The position numbers were made by a program, and so were the translations under genes. A stretch of 64,000 bases of DNA from Chloroflexi bacterium UBA6077 (lineage in GTDB: Bacteria; Chloroflexota; UBA6077): positions 63,172 through 127,171 of the forward strand of contig DIXP01000022.1 in the NCBI GenBank assembly GCA_002436065.1, read 5' to 3'. Positions 18,366 through 27,752 of this stretch are shown piece by piece; within the stretch, counting starts at the first letter, position 1; every line of letters starts with the position of its first letter. Under the pieces are notes generated by a model. It was not told the DNA's origin and made no database searches. It saw nothing but the letters and a program-made list of their open reading frames with translations.

Positions 18366-19556
18366 TTAGCGAAGCAAGTTCTCCACGATGATGGCTGCTC
18401 CCTGGCCGCCCCCAACACACATGCTTGCCATACCCAGTTTGACCTTGCGTCGTGTCATTTCATGTAGCAGTGTTACGAAGATGCGGGCTCCGCTTGCTCC
18501 AACCGGATGGCCGAGGGCGATGGCCCCTCCATTAACGTTTACTCTGGCTGGATCCAGCCCCAATTGGCGGATACAGCCGATCGATTGGGCGGCAAAGGCC
18601 TCGTTCAGCTCGATCAACTCGATGTCGGACAGCTTGAGGTCCGTCTTGTCCAGCACTTTGCGAATCGCATTCACCGGCGCTAAACCCATTATGCGAGGCT
18701 CGATACCGGCCCAAGCGTATCCGATGATCTTTGCCCGGGGCTGGACGCCCAGCTCTTCGGCAGTCTCAGTGCTCATCATGACGACAGCAGCGGCACCGTC
18801 GTTGATCCCTGATGCATTGCCTGCGGTAACAGTGCCACCCGTCTTGAATGCAGGCCGTAACCTGCCTAGCTTCTCTGCGGTCGTCCCCGGGCGAGGGTGC
18901 TCGTCCTTATCCACAACCACAACCTGCCCCTTGGACTGAGGTACTTCGATTGGAACGATCTCCTCGTTGAATAGACCAAGTTCCATAGCCCTGGCAGCCT
19001 TGGCCTGGCTCTCTGCCGCGAAAGCGTCTTGCTCCTCACGCGTGATACTCATCATTTCCGCCACGTTCTCGGCGGTCACTCCCATGTGGATGTTCTCTAT
19101 AGAGCACCACAGTGCCTCTTGAATCATGCTGTCTATGAGCTCACTGTGTCCAAGGCGATAACCGAACCTGGCGCGATTCAACACGTAGGGGGACCGAGAC
19201 ATGCTCTCTGTGCCGCCAGCCACCATGACTCTGGTATCTTCTTGGGCGATGCTCTGAGCGGCCATGCCTATCGCCCGAAGCCCTGAGCCGCATACAAGGT
19301 TGACCGTTGATGCCGTTGACTCGACGGGAATTCCTGCTTTGATGGCTATCTGGCGGGCTACGTTCATCCCAAGCCCGCTTTGCATGACTATGCCCATAAG
19401 CACATCATCTACCTGAGCCGGCTGAACTCCCGCCCTCTTCAACGCTTCGACCACGGCCGCAGTACCCAATTGCTGCGCCGACACCTCAGAGAGTGCCCCT
19501 CCCAGGGTGCCGACAGGGGTGCGAGCAGCACCCACTACTACAACATTAGTTTGCAT
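18366..19556 (-). CDS. acetyl-CoA C-acetyltransferase (thiolase II), copy A
   Basis: ORF 18366..19589. The internal ATG at 19556 gives MQTNVVVVGAARTPVG. Active-site Cys context is [12 protein letters not shown]-terminal [18 protein letters not shown] and CVGGGQGAA are present. Confidence 0.9.
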   Translation of the reverse strand: MQTNVVVVGAARTPVGTLGGALSEVSAQQLGTAAVVEALKRAGVQPAQVDDVLMGIVMQSGLGMNVARQIAIKAGIPVESTASTVNLVCGSGLRAIGMAAQSIAQEDTRVMVAGGTESMSRSPYVLNRARFGYRLGHSELIDSMIQEALWCSIENIHMGVTAENVAEMMSITREEQDAFAAESQAKAARAMELGLFNEEIVPIEVPQSKGQVVVVDKDEHPRPGTTAEKLGRLRPAFKTGGTVTAGNASGINDGAAAVVMMSTETAEELGVQPRAKIIGYAWAGIEPRIMGLAPVNAIRKVLDKTDLKLSDIELIELNEAFAAQSIGCIRQLGLDPARVNVNGGAIALGHPVGASGARIFVTLLHEMTRRKVKLGMASMCVGGGQGAAIIVENLLR

Positions 19557-19612
19557 CCACCGCTCCTTTCTATTGGTAATCGTGTTCAAAGAGAGTTGGC
19601 TATCTTAGAGTT

Positions 19613-21139
19613 TCAGCTTGCATTCGCGGTTGCTCTTTGGCTGCGACCTTTCCATGATTTCCATATAGGGAGCAGTATCGCTACAATAGAGAGCAGCATC
19701 ATGGTGCCGGCGACTGGCCGGGTGAAGAACACAGTCCAATCGTTGTGGTGGGCAATCATGGATGTCATGAATGTGGATTCGGCTAGGGGGCCGAGGATCA
19801 GCCCAAGCACCATGGGCGCTATTGGGTAATCGACCCTCCGCATGAAGTAGCCGATGATCCCGAAGCCAGCCATAATCCAGACATCAGACATGTTGGTGCG
19901 CATGGCAAAGGCACCGAGGAAGCAGAACAGCAGGATGAAGGCAGCCATTATCGACTCTGGTATCTGCATTACCTTTACGAAGAACCGAATCGACAGCAGC
20001 CCGATGAACAACATGAGGATATTGGATACGAACTCTGCCGCGAAGATGGTGTACACCATCTCTTTGCTGGTAATGAAGATCTGAGGGCCCGGCTGAATGC
20101 CGTGGAGTAGGAAGGCTCCCAGAATCAGTGCCGAGGCGCCGCTTCCAGGGATGCCGAGAGTCAAGAGCGGGATCAAGGCTCCGCTGCTGGCGGCGTTGGC
20201 AGCGGCGTTGGGGGCAGCGAGTCCCTCGGGAACACCGGTTCCTAACAAAGCCCTGTTCTTGGAATACTGTTTCTCTACGCCGTACCCGATGAAGGCTGCT
20301 ATCGTAGCGCCAGCACCTGGGACGATACCAATGACCGTACCGATGATTGAGGAGCGCAGCAACACATCCCACAGGCGAGCGATCTCTCGCACTCCTGGGA
20401 TCTCTGCTGCCGCTTTACCTGTGGCAGTCCCGCTTTCGACGGGGAAGCGTTGCTCGAAACGGTCCAACACCTCACCCATGGCGTAGACCCCGATCATTAC
20501 AGGCAGAAAGTCGATCCCGTCCCTCAGTATCGGCGAGCCAAAGGTGAACCTCTCGGCGGCGTACACAACGTCGATCCCAACCGTGGCTAACAACAGCCCT
20601 ATCGAGAGGGAGATCAACGCACTCCGCATGGAACTGGTACCCAGCACAGTGACGCTCATGAGACCGAAGAAGATGATAGAGAAGTACTCCGGCGACGAGA
20701 AGCTGAGGGCTACTTTGGCGAACGGAGGTGACAGGAAGACAAGCACGCATGCGCCGAAGATGCCCCCGATCACAGCGCAGATAATGGCCAACCCGAGGGC
20801 CTTGCCAGCAAAGCCCTTTCGGGCCATGGGATATCCGTCCCATAGGCTCGGGACGTTCTGCGGATCACCAGGAATGTTGAACAGTATTGCGGTGATGGTT
20901 CCCCCAAACACGCCGGAGTGATAGCATGCCACCATTAGCAGGATGGCCGAGGTGGCATCCATTGTGTATGTGAAAGGCAGCATCAGGATGATGGCCATCA
21001 GGGTTGTGATTCCTGGCAAAGCCCCTGCCACGAAACCAATCACGAGGCCGACAATGATCAGACTTAGGTTGAAGGGGCTCACCGCGAGAAGGAAGCCAGC
21101 TCCCAGGTCCTGAAACAGTTCAAGCATGTCATTCCTCAC
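19613..21139 (-). CDS. tctA: tripartite tricarboxylate transporter large permease TctA
   Basis: 508-aa polytopic protein with TctA-type N-terminus (GALPGITTLMAIILMLPFT) and length. Overlaps tctB (ATGA). Confidence 0.8.
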   Translation of the reverse strand: MRNDMLELFQDLGAGFLLAVSPFNLSLIIVGLVIGFVAGALPGITTLMAIILMLPFTYTMDATSAILLMVACYHSGVFGGTITAILFNIPGDPQNVPSLWDGYPMARKGFAGKALGLAIICAVIGGIFGACVLVFLSPPFAKVALSFSSPEYFSIIFFGLMSVTVLGTSSMRSALISLSIGLLLATVGIDVVYAAERFTFGSPILRDGIDFLPVMIGVYAMGEVLDRFEQRFPVESGTATGKAAAEIPGVREIARLWDVLLRSSIIGTVIGIVPGAGATIAAFIGYGVEKQYSKNRALLGTGVPEGLAAPNAAANAASSGALIPLLTLGIPGSGASALILGAFLLHGIQPGPQIFITSKEMVYTIFAAEFVSNILMLFIGLLSIRFFVKVMQIPESIMAAFILLFCFLGAFAMRTNMSDVWIMAGFGIIGYFMRRVDYPIAPMVLGLILGPLAESTFMTSMIAHHNDWTVFFTRPVAGTMMLLSIVAILLPIWKSWKGRSQRATANAS

Positions 21140-21714
21140 ATCATGCCAAGGAGCGAGTAGATCAGCTGGGTTATGCTCTGGAAAGGCTCAATGCCACGTG
21201 GTAGGGATATGTATACGAGTCTGCCGAAGAGGAGCAGCGAGATTACGGTCCCCGCTATGGAGATGAGCAATATGGTAATCGGTCTCCTGAGCCCGCCAAA
21301 GGTGATGAAGGCGAACAGAAAGAGAAAGGCGGCCAAGGCAAATCCAATCACTGGGGCCAAACCGACGAACGTGATAACCGAGACGACTCCTAGCGCCAAG
21401 AGTCTCAAGCTTCTCGGGGTCTGGCCCTCGGCCGCTGATCCAATGGCAACCAAGAGAACTGATCTGCGCTCCCTGATTGCGATGAGGAAATCGGTGACTG
21501 CGGTGACGATGAGGATCACCAGGATGACCGTGGGCCACCAGTCGGGGCCCAAACGACCCTCACGGGCAAAAGAGTGGATATCTTTGGTGAGCAGCAGGAA
21601 GTAAAGCCCAGCTAATACGACAACTGCTGGCCATACAACGGACCCATATCCGCGGAACCTCGAGTTTGGTTGGGACGGTGTCGCGGGACTCGATGAGGTT
21701 GGACCCTTACTCAT
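21136..21714 (-). CDS. tctB: tripartite tricarboxylate transporter small permease TctB
   Basis: ORF 21136..21795. An internal ATG at 21714 is preceded by GAAGGGA. It encodes 4 predicted TM helices and sits between tctC and tctA. Confidence 0.6.
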   Translation of the reverse strand: MSKGPTSSSPATPSQPNSRFRGYGSVVWPAVVVLAGLYFLLLTKDIHSFAREGRLGPDWWPTVILVILIVTAVTDFLIAIRERRSVLLVAIGSAAEGQTPRSLRLLALGVVSVITFVGLAPVIGFALAAFLFLFAFITFGGLRRPITILLISIAGTVISLLLFGRLVYISLPRGIEPFQSITQLIYSLLGMM

Positions 21715-21808
21715 CGCAACATTCCCTTCATGACTAGTCGCGGGAGCGAGACACTCACTGGGTGATGGAATGAGGGGGGCTGGTCTCGCTCCCACATCCC
21801 CTAGGCAA

Positions 21809-22855
21809 TCATTTCTTTGTATTGAGACCGCTCTGCTCTATGACCGCGAGGACTTCGTTTTCATGTTTTGTCAGGTATGCTGGGAATGCATCCGGTCCCA
21901 TCCAGCTCTTCTCATCCGAGTAGGTTTCCTTCAGATAGTCCTTCCACACCTGAGTGCTGCATGCCTTGTTCAGGGCGTCGCCGATCATCTTGATCCGGGT
22001 TGGGTCGGTGCCGGCCTTCGCGACGATGGATCGCCATTGTGGCAGATAGATGTCATAACCCAGCTCTTTGGAGCTAGGGCAGTCTGGGAATGCTGCGGCT
22101 CGCTCCTCGGAGAACATGATCACGGGCTTAAACTGACCACCGGTGAGGTATTGAGTTATGTCCCCACACTGCTCGATAAGAACATCTGCGTGGCCACCTA
22201 AGAGGGACGTGTATCGCTCACCGGGCTGTGGAAAGGGCACTCCCGTCATCTTGACGCCCTTTTTCTCGAAGAACAGCACTAGCAACTCGTCGACGGAGCC
22301 CGCACCAGTAATGGCAACGCGTATCTTGCCAGGATTGGCCTTGGCGGCGGTCTCGACATCCTTCCAGGACTTGTACGGACCGTCGGTCCTGACGAAGAAG
22401 GAGCTAAACTGCTGCATTATTCGGGCGATAGGGGCGAAATCCTTGTGGGTGAAGGGCGCCTGGCCGAAGGCAACGGTGGCGACCTGATCTGCCATGTAGG
22501 CCTCAAAGGCGTAGCCATCGGCTGGTGCAGCGAGCATCTTCACGGTACCAGTGCTGCCCGCAGCTCCTGCTACGTTGATGACAGGCAGAGGGACCCCCAA
22601 CTCCTTCTCTGCCAACGGGGACAACTTCCTGGCCATTTGGTCGGCCCCACCGCCCGCTCCCCAGGGCACGATGAAGTCTATAGGCCGAGTGGGATACTTC
22701 TCAGTCGTTGCCGGGGCCGGTGCTGCTTGTTTCGCGGGGACAGAAGTGGGGGCGGAAGCCGCGGGTGCGCTACATGCGGTAACTCCGAAGAGGCACAAAA
22801 TCACCGCTAAGGGACTAATTACCCTGGCGATTGCTCGGATTTCGACCGTACGCAT
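21809..22855 (-). CDS. tctC: TctC/Bug-family tripartite tricarboxylate transporter substrate-binding lipoprotein
   Basis: Lipobox LFGVTAC, a short Ala/Pro linker, YPTRPIDFIVPWGAGGGADQMAR and the typical Bug-family length. Confidence 0.8.
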   Translation of the reverse strand: MRTVEIRAIARVISPLAVILCLFGVTACSAPAASAPTSVPAKQAAPAPATTEKYPTRPIDFIVPWGAGGGADQMARKLSPLAEKELGVPLPVINVAGAAGSTGTVKMLAAPADGYAFEAYMADQVATVAFGQAPFTHKDFAPIARIMQQFSSFFVRTDGPYKSWKDVETAAKANPGKIRVAITGAGSVDELLVLFFEKKGVKMTGVPFPQPGERYTSLLGGHADVLIEQCGDITQYLTGGQFKPVIMFSEERAAAFPDCPSSKELGYDIYLPQWRSIVAKAGTDPTRIKMIGDALNKACSTQVWKDYLKETYSDEKSWMGPDAFPAYLTKHENEVLAVIEQSGLNTKK

Positions 22856-23122
22856 GATCCAGTCTCCTTCCAACTATGTCTAGAAGAGCTAAACCTGGAT
22901 ACTCCGCCGTGAATGCCAATCCTTATAGCTATATGCAAGGGTTCTCAATCTCCTCTTGCTTTCATCCTCTCCTTTCTAGTTGTGCCGACACCGATATCCG
23001 AGGCATCGGAAGCGCCCACTCCTTGATCAACGACTAATAAGATCTTCCTGAAAAGAAGAACCGGCCTTGGACTTAGCAATAGCTAATCAATGCGATAGGA
23101 CTGGCGGGGTTTCCCCAATTGC

Positions 23123-24532
23123 CTAAGCGTCTACGAGGTGGCGCTTCATGATGCGTAAAGCTGTGTCTGGAGCGATGCCAGCCAATAGACCCATGGCGTA
23201 CATGATGTAGGACTGATCGATAACCATCTTTGGTCTTCTTGGACGCAAAGAAAAGGGATTCGCAGCATCGAACAACGCACTACACAAGACGCCTCGCGGA
23301 TCGCTTCCTCGGGCGAAGATACCACCCGTGCCGATCAAATATTGGACAGTTGTCAGATCCTTTCCATACAGAAGGTTGACTGGCCCTTCTGATGTATAGA
23401 CCATCTCCAACCGTCCCGAGTGGCGCTGCACTGCCACCTCAACTGCCGCCTTGGCCAGAGCTACATCAAGGGCGTAACCCTCCGTTGATTGTGGCACGGT
23501 CGATGTCTCGCGGGTCAACCTATCGATGGCCGTATGAATTTGTTCCGGTGAAGCCCCGCACTGGACGGCAATGGCATCGGCACCAACCGCCTCGAGTATC
23601 GAAACAGCGTTGTATCGGAGTCCTAGATCGCCCTCGACAGTGCGCTTGGCAAAGGGCTCGGGCAACCCTTTCGGTAACCATGAGGTGTCACTGGGGTGAC
23701 CATGAGCTACAGAATGAACGTCGGTTGTAGCCCCGCCAACATCCACGACAACGAGATCGCCGAGCCCCTGTTCCTTAGGACTACCCTGGGCCAATAACGT
23801 TGCTGCCTGGAGTACCGCCATTGGGGTTGGCATCAGGATGTCGCCAATCAGGTCCCGCACGCGGTGTATGCCTTTGGCCTCGACGATGCGCCGCATGAAG
23901 ACTTCGCGAATAGCTGCCCGCGCAGGTTCGACGTTGAGCCGACCGAGTTCCGGCATCACGTTCTCGGTTACCACGATTTCTTTGTTCTCAGCCTGGAGGA
24001 GGTCCTCTGCATCTTCACTGGCATCGCTGTTTCCGGCGTAAAGAATGGGACAGGTGAGGGTAGAGCCAGCCAACATGCGGGCATTGAAGAGAATGACCTC
24101 AGCATCACCACCATCTGTCCCGCCTGCCAGCAGAATAATCTCTGGGCGCAACTCCTCCAGCCAGGCGATATCGCGGCGTCGAAGATGGTAGGAAAAGGCG
24201 CGCAACACCTTTGCCCCCGCGCCCAAGGCGGCACGCTTAGCGGCTTCGGCAGTGAGTTCAGGCACCAGACCGATAGCCACCATCCGAAGTCCTCCTGCGG
24301 CGCTACTTGACGCCAGGAATCGGCACTCCTCGAGGTTGGTCAGCCCCAGTTCTTTGCGTACCTGATTGAGGGCTGACTGCAGACCGACCATCACGTTGGT
24401 ATCGACCGTGGATGGTGATTGGACTCGCGCCAGAAGCTGCTCGGCCGAAACATCGACCGCGACGGCCTTTGTATAGGTACTGCCAAAATCGATCAATAGA
24501 GCGAGGCCCATTAGCTGAGACCTAAATCGCAC
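23123..24532 (-). CDS. glmL: GlmL/MutL-type mutase accessory (reactivase-like) protein
   Basis: 469 aa. LLIDFGSTYTKAVAVD and VVDVGGATTDVHSV are ASKHA-fold phosphate motifs typical of methylaspartate-mutase accessory protein GlmL. An alternative ATG start at 24511 overlaps the glmS stop by 1 nt. Confidence 0.75.
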   Translation of the reverse strand: MRFRSQLMGLALLIDFGSTYTKAVAVDVSAEQLLARVQSPSTVDTNVMVGLQSALNQVRKELGLTNLEECRFLASSSAAGGLRMVAIGLVPELTAEAAKRAALGAGAKVLRAFSYHLRRRDIAWLEELRPEIILLAGGTDGGDAEVILFNARMLAGSTLTCPILYAGNSDASEDAEDLLQAENKEIVVTENVMPELGRLNVEPARAAIREVFMRRIVEAKGIHRVRDLIGDILMPTPMAVLQAATLLAQGSPKEQGLGDLVVVDVGGATTDVHSVAHGHPSDTSWLPKGLPEPFAKRTVEGDLGLRYNAVSILEAVGADAIAVQCGASPEQIHTAIDRLTRETSTVPQSTEGYALDVALAKAAVEVAVQRHSGRLEMVYTSEGPVNLLYGKDLTTVQYLIGTGGIFARGSDPRGVLCSALFDAANPFSLRPRRPKMVIDQSYIMYAMGLLAGIAPDTALRIMKRHLVDA

Positions 24533-24972
24533 TTCAAGTCGGCGATAGCGGTTTCGGGCTTCGTTCCCGGTGGGTAGATACGATCAAAACCCATATCTGA
24601 GAAGAGTTGCTCTGTCTTGGGCCATTCTTCAGGGTCAGTCACCAGTATCCCGCCGATGTAGAGAAGGATGTTGGCTAGCCCGGCCTCCCGGCACTTGGCG
24701 CGCAGGCCCTCGCAGTCGATACGTGCCATTCCGTACAGGGACGATACTAGGATTGCGTCGGCTGCCGTTTCCCTGGCTGCACTGATGAACTCGTTGGGCA
24801 GGACCAGGGCTCCGAGATATGCAACTCTGAATCCGGCGCGCTCGAAGGCCCAGCGTAATATCGAAATTCCAGCTACATGGGCATCGAGCCCGATAGTACC
24901 CAGGACAATGGTCGGCTGCCGCTTCGCATCCGCCATTCCAGTACTACCTTTCTGAGTTACCGCGTCATTCAT
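24511..24972 (-). CDS. glmS: B12-binding small subunit of a glutamate-mutase-family enzyme (GlmS/MutS-like)
   Basis: 153 aa. TIVLGTIGLDAHVAGISIL (DxHxxG), ADAILVSSLYG (SxL) and ILLYIGG are present. Collinear with Clostridium MutS as far as I recall that sequence. Confidence 0.85.
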   Translation of the reverse strand: MNDAVTQKGSTGMADAKRQPTIVLGTIGLDAHVAGISILRWAFERAGFRVAYLGALVLPNEFISAARETAADAILVSSLYGMARIDCEGLRAKCREAGLANILLYIGGILVTDPEEWPKTEQLFSDMGFDRIYPPGTKPETAIADLKCDLGLS

Positions 24973-24994
24973 AGCTCAACCATCCTTTCCAGGC

Positions 24995-26473
24995 TCAGTA
25001 TGGTCGCTCCGCCGCCTCTTCTGAGAGTGGCCGAGATGCCCAGGTGGGAATCTGAATCACCCAGTCTAGATCTGCTGTGGTGTTTTCCCTTCGCTCCCTC
25101 TCCGCTATTCGGGACCGATGGTATTCGATCACTTCTGGCGGAAGCGGGACATTACCGTGATCCAGATATCGCACGGCGCCTCGTGCATCGCGGACGAGCT
25201 TGACCTGCGACCGGAGCGGCAACCAGGGCGAGAAGACGGTGTCTAATACTCCTGCCTCAACGGCGCGGCAGGCCCCGAGGGCAACATCTCCATCGCCGAG
25301 CTCCAGTACCTTTTCAAGGATTGCGCGCGCTTCCTTCTCGATCATTTCGCGTTCGAGACTCAGTTCCTCGCTCTCAGGGAGTCGCTGGCCTTTCAAGAGC
25401 CGCGCGATTTGAGCCGCTACTAGCATGGCCTCGCGATTGCCCTTACCTGTTACGGTAGTCCGGGCCTCGTCGGGAGACTTGATTTGACAGCCATTGCAGC
25501 CGGCCAGGGCAGCTACCGCAGTGTTCCAGGCAATCTGTCCAGCCATGGATATGGGCTCCCTCGGCCAATCGCCTACGTAGTTGTAGGCCCACGGGTACAC
25601 ATGCACGTTATGGAAACCAAACCGTTCGAAGTATTCCGGAGCAAGCTTGCTGACGACTTGGATGCCTGCGACGTCTTGAACCATGCCCATCCCCGTAGCG
25701 ATGCCCAAATCCATATACTTGGTGCCCTGCGCTGCAGCCAGGAGACCTTGGATCACCCCTACCGCCACCTTGAAGCCAAGGGTATCCCAGCCAGACAGGT
25801 TAGCGAAGTCACGTCTAAGGATAGGAACGCCACGTTCGTTGAAGTATGCGGTAAGGCGATCTATGTACTGATGGTTGTAGATCATCAATTCCAGAGGATA
25901 GTCTCGAGAGTGTTGAATGACTTGCTCGATACTCTTTATCGTTCCACAGGTCCAGCCGCCTGCGAGCGCAATTTCCCAGGCTAGGCGCGCGTCCTCGTCA
26001 TTGCCATCGGTGGATAGTGGAACTGTAGTGGACTCATTTAGTGCGCGAGCCCCTGCCACACCGTGTAGCACGATTGGGTACCCGTTTAAGTACGAAAAGC
26101 CATCGCGACGGCTGCGCTCTATGGCATCCTGTGATTTCGCGAACTGGCACTTACGGGAATAGGTGTCGGTGAAAACGTGCCAGCGGTCTGGTTTGAGATC
26201 CTCAGACTCATGGATATGATCGCTTACCTGCTCGACCAATGCGTGTCCGCAAGATGGAACGAGCTGTAGACGGTCCTCCTTCATTGCCTGTTCGTTGCGA
26301 AGAGATGCGAACTTCCACCATGGCTGTTCTCGCTGGCGGGCTACGCTTTCATCGAGCGTTGCCGGATCCATAAGTTCATCGCCTGTTGGCCATTGCCGGA
26401 GAACCTCGTGTCGGACAGTGAGGAAATAGTCCCAATCCCACTGGTCCATTCGCACATTAGTCGCCAGCGCCAT
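24995..26473 (-). CDS. GlmE/MutE-family adenosylcobalamin mutase large subunit, divergent substrate pocket
   Basis: ORF 24995..26491. An ATG at 26473 is preceded by GGAGGG. RHEVLRQWPTG, YLNGYP and the C-terminal ~110 aa (LLKGQRLPES...GDGDVALGACRAVEAGVLD...VRYLDHGNVPLP) match GlmE. The canonical glutamate-binding residues appear replaced (see findings). Confidence 0.75.
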   Translation of the reverse strand: MALATNVRMDQWDWDYFLTVRHEVLRQWPTGDELMDPATLDESVARQREQPWWKFASLRNEQAMKEDRLQLVPSCGHALVEQVSDHIHESEDLKPDRWHVFTDTYSRKCQFAKSQDAIERSRRDGFSYLNGYPIVLHGVAGARALNESTTVPLSTDGNDEDARLAWEIALAGGWTCGTIKSIEQVIQHSRDYPLELMIYNHQYIDRLTAYFNERGVPILRRDFANLSGWDTLGFKVAVGVIQGLLAAAQGTKYMDLGIATGMGMVQDVAGIQVVSKLAPEYFERFGFHNVHVYPWAYNYVGDWPREPISMAGQIAWNTAVAALAGCNGCQIKSPDEARTTVTGKGNREAMLVAAQIARLLKGQRLPESEELSLEREMIEKEARAILEKVLELGDGDVALGACRAVEAGVLDTVFSPWLPLRSQVKLVRDARGAVRYLDHGNVPLPPEVIEYHRSRIAERERRENTTADLDWVIQIPTWASRPLSEEAAERPY

Positions 26474-26579
26474 AATGTGCCCTCCAATCAATCAATTACT
26501 TAGCTTGCGTGGTACAGCGCGTACTTTCACCCACTCCGGACCTAGAAGCGACTGAAGACAGATACAGCTTGATTGCCTG

Positions 26580-27752
26580 TCATGGAGCCCATGATTGCTG
26601 GTCTACTACCATCTGAGGCACCCGTTCAAGGTCTGGGACGGCTTGGAACTCCGGGTCCACGACAACTCCTCCTGGTGCTGAGATCAAGGGCCGTCGGAGA
26701 ATCGATGTCTGGAGCTTCAAGAAACCGTTCATCTCTCCCGCAGTCTTGATTCCCAACCCTACAGCCGCTGAAGCCTCTTGGTGGCATCCGATTTCGCCAG
26801 ACACGCCGTTACCCAGGACTACCGTGAGGCCCAAACGCTTTGCCAGGGCAACCTGTTCGCCCAGAAGCCGAACGCCTCCTGACTTCATGAGCTTGAACTT
26901 GACGAACTGGGCACAGCCGAGAGCCGCCGTACGCTCAACGTCTTCCGTCCCGAGAATCGATTCATCCAGCATTAGGGGAAGTGGTGAGATGCGCGACAGT
27001 GATACCTGAGACTCCCAATCACCTGCTGGGAAGGGCTGTTCGAATAGTTCTATAGCTTCGGGAGTCACCTTCTGCACGAATTCCCGAGCGTCATCGAAGG
27101 AATAACCCTGATTAGCATCGATCCGGATCAGTGTGCCTGGGGCTTGCCTGGCCAGTTCCTGGATTAAGGTAACGCGATGGATATCAAGGCTGACGTCGAA
27201 GCCTACCTTGACCTTGATGGTAGTGTACTTTCGCTCTATTTGGGTCCAGAAGCCTGACTCTAGCTCTGGTTCGTGCTCTGCAGATAGGAGGCCTACCAGG
27301 GGTACCAGGGCCGAAGGGACTACCTTTGGCTCGTCACCACTCGGGATACGTCGCGACACCAGTTCTAACGCGGTCATCAAAGGAGAAACGGGATATCCCC
27401 CGTGTGCGGCATAGGGGAGGATGCTCTCGATGGCAGTCTCTGGCGACATGCCGACTACTTTGGGACCGTGAGCGCACAGAAAATCCCATATGTCCTCGGC
27501 ACTCTCGGGGACGTAGCCTTGACACGCTGTGACTTCGCCCCAGGCTGTGCGCCCATCTTCCGTACGCACTTGGATAAGAAACGTGTCGAAACTGTGGAAG
27601 GTGGCGAAGGACAAATGGTAGGGCTCTTTAAGGGGTTGCTTCATCCTGTAGAGGTCGACCGCAACGATTGGGTGTGTCTCCTCGCGCCTACGGTCGTAAT
27701 GGGTGTGGAGATGGCCTTGCGAATTCGAATCCTTGTAGTTCTCTGTCAACAC
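26580..27752 (-). CDS. enolase-superfamily enzyme, muconate-lactonizing (MLE) subgroup (dipeptide-epimerase/racemase-like)
   Basis: 390 aa. Motifs are TIKVKVG (KxK), IRIDANQGY (metal Asp), LFEQPFP (metal Glu), LMLDESI (metal Asp) and KFKLMKSGG (second catalytic Lys). GTG start is preceded by GTGAGGTGA. Confidence 0.75.
   Translation of the reverse strand: MLTENYKDSNSQGHLHTHYDRRREETHPIVAVDLYRMKQPLKEPYHLSFATFHSFDTFLIQVRTEDGRTAWGEVTACQGYVPESAEDIWDFLCAHGPKVVGMSPETAIESILPYAAHGGYPVSPLMTALELVSRRIPSGDEPKVVPSALVPLVGLLSAEHEPELESGFWTQIERKYTTIKVKVGFDVSLDIHRVTLIQELARQAPGTLIRIDANQGYSFDDAREFVQKVTPEAIELFEQPFPAGDWESQVSLSRISPLPLMLDESILGTEDVERTAALGCAQFVKFKLMKSGGVRLLGEQVALAKRLGLTVVLGNGVSGEIGCHQEASAAVGLGIKTAGEMNGFLKLQTSILRRPLISAPGGVVVDPEFQAVPDLERVPQMVVDQQSWAP

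Noticed and set aside
26580-27752. The enolase-superfamily gene next to glmE/S/L was considered as methylaspartate ammonia-lyase.
   Set aside because: The motif set (KxK, DANQGY, FEQP, LDES, KxK..GG) is that of the MLE subgroup. It does not resemble the methylaspartase sequence as I recall it.
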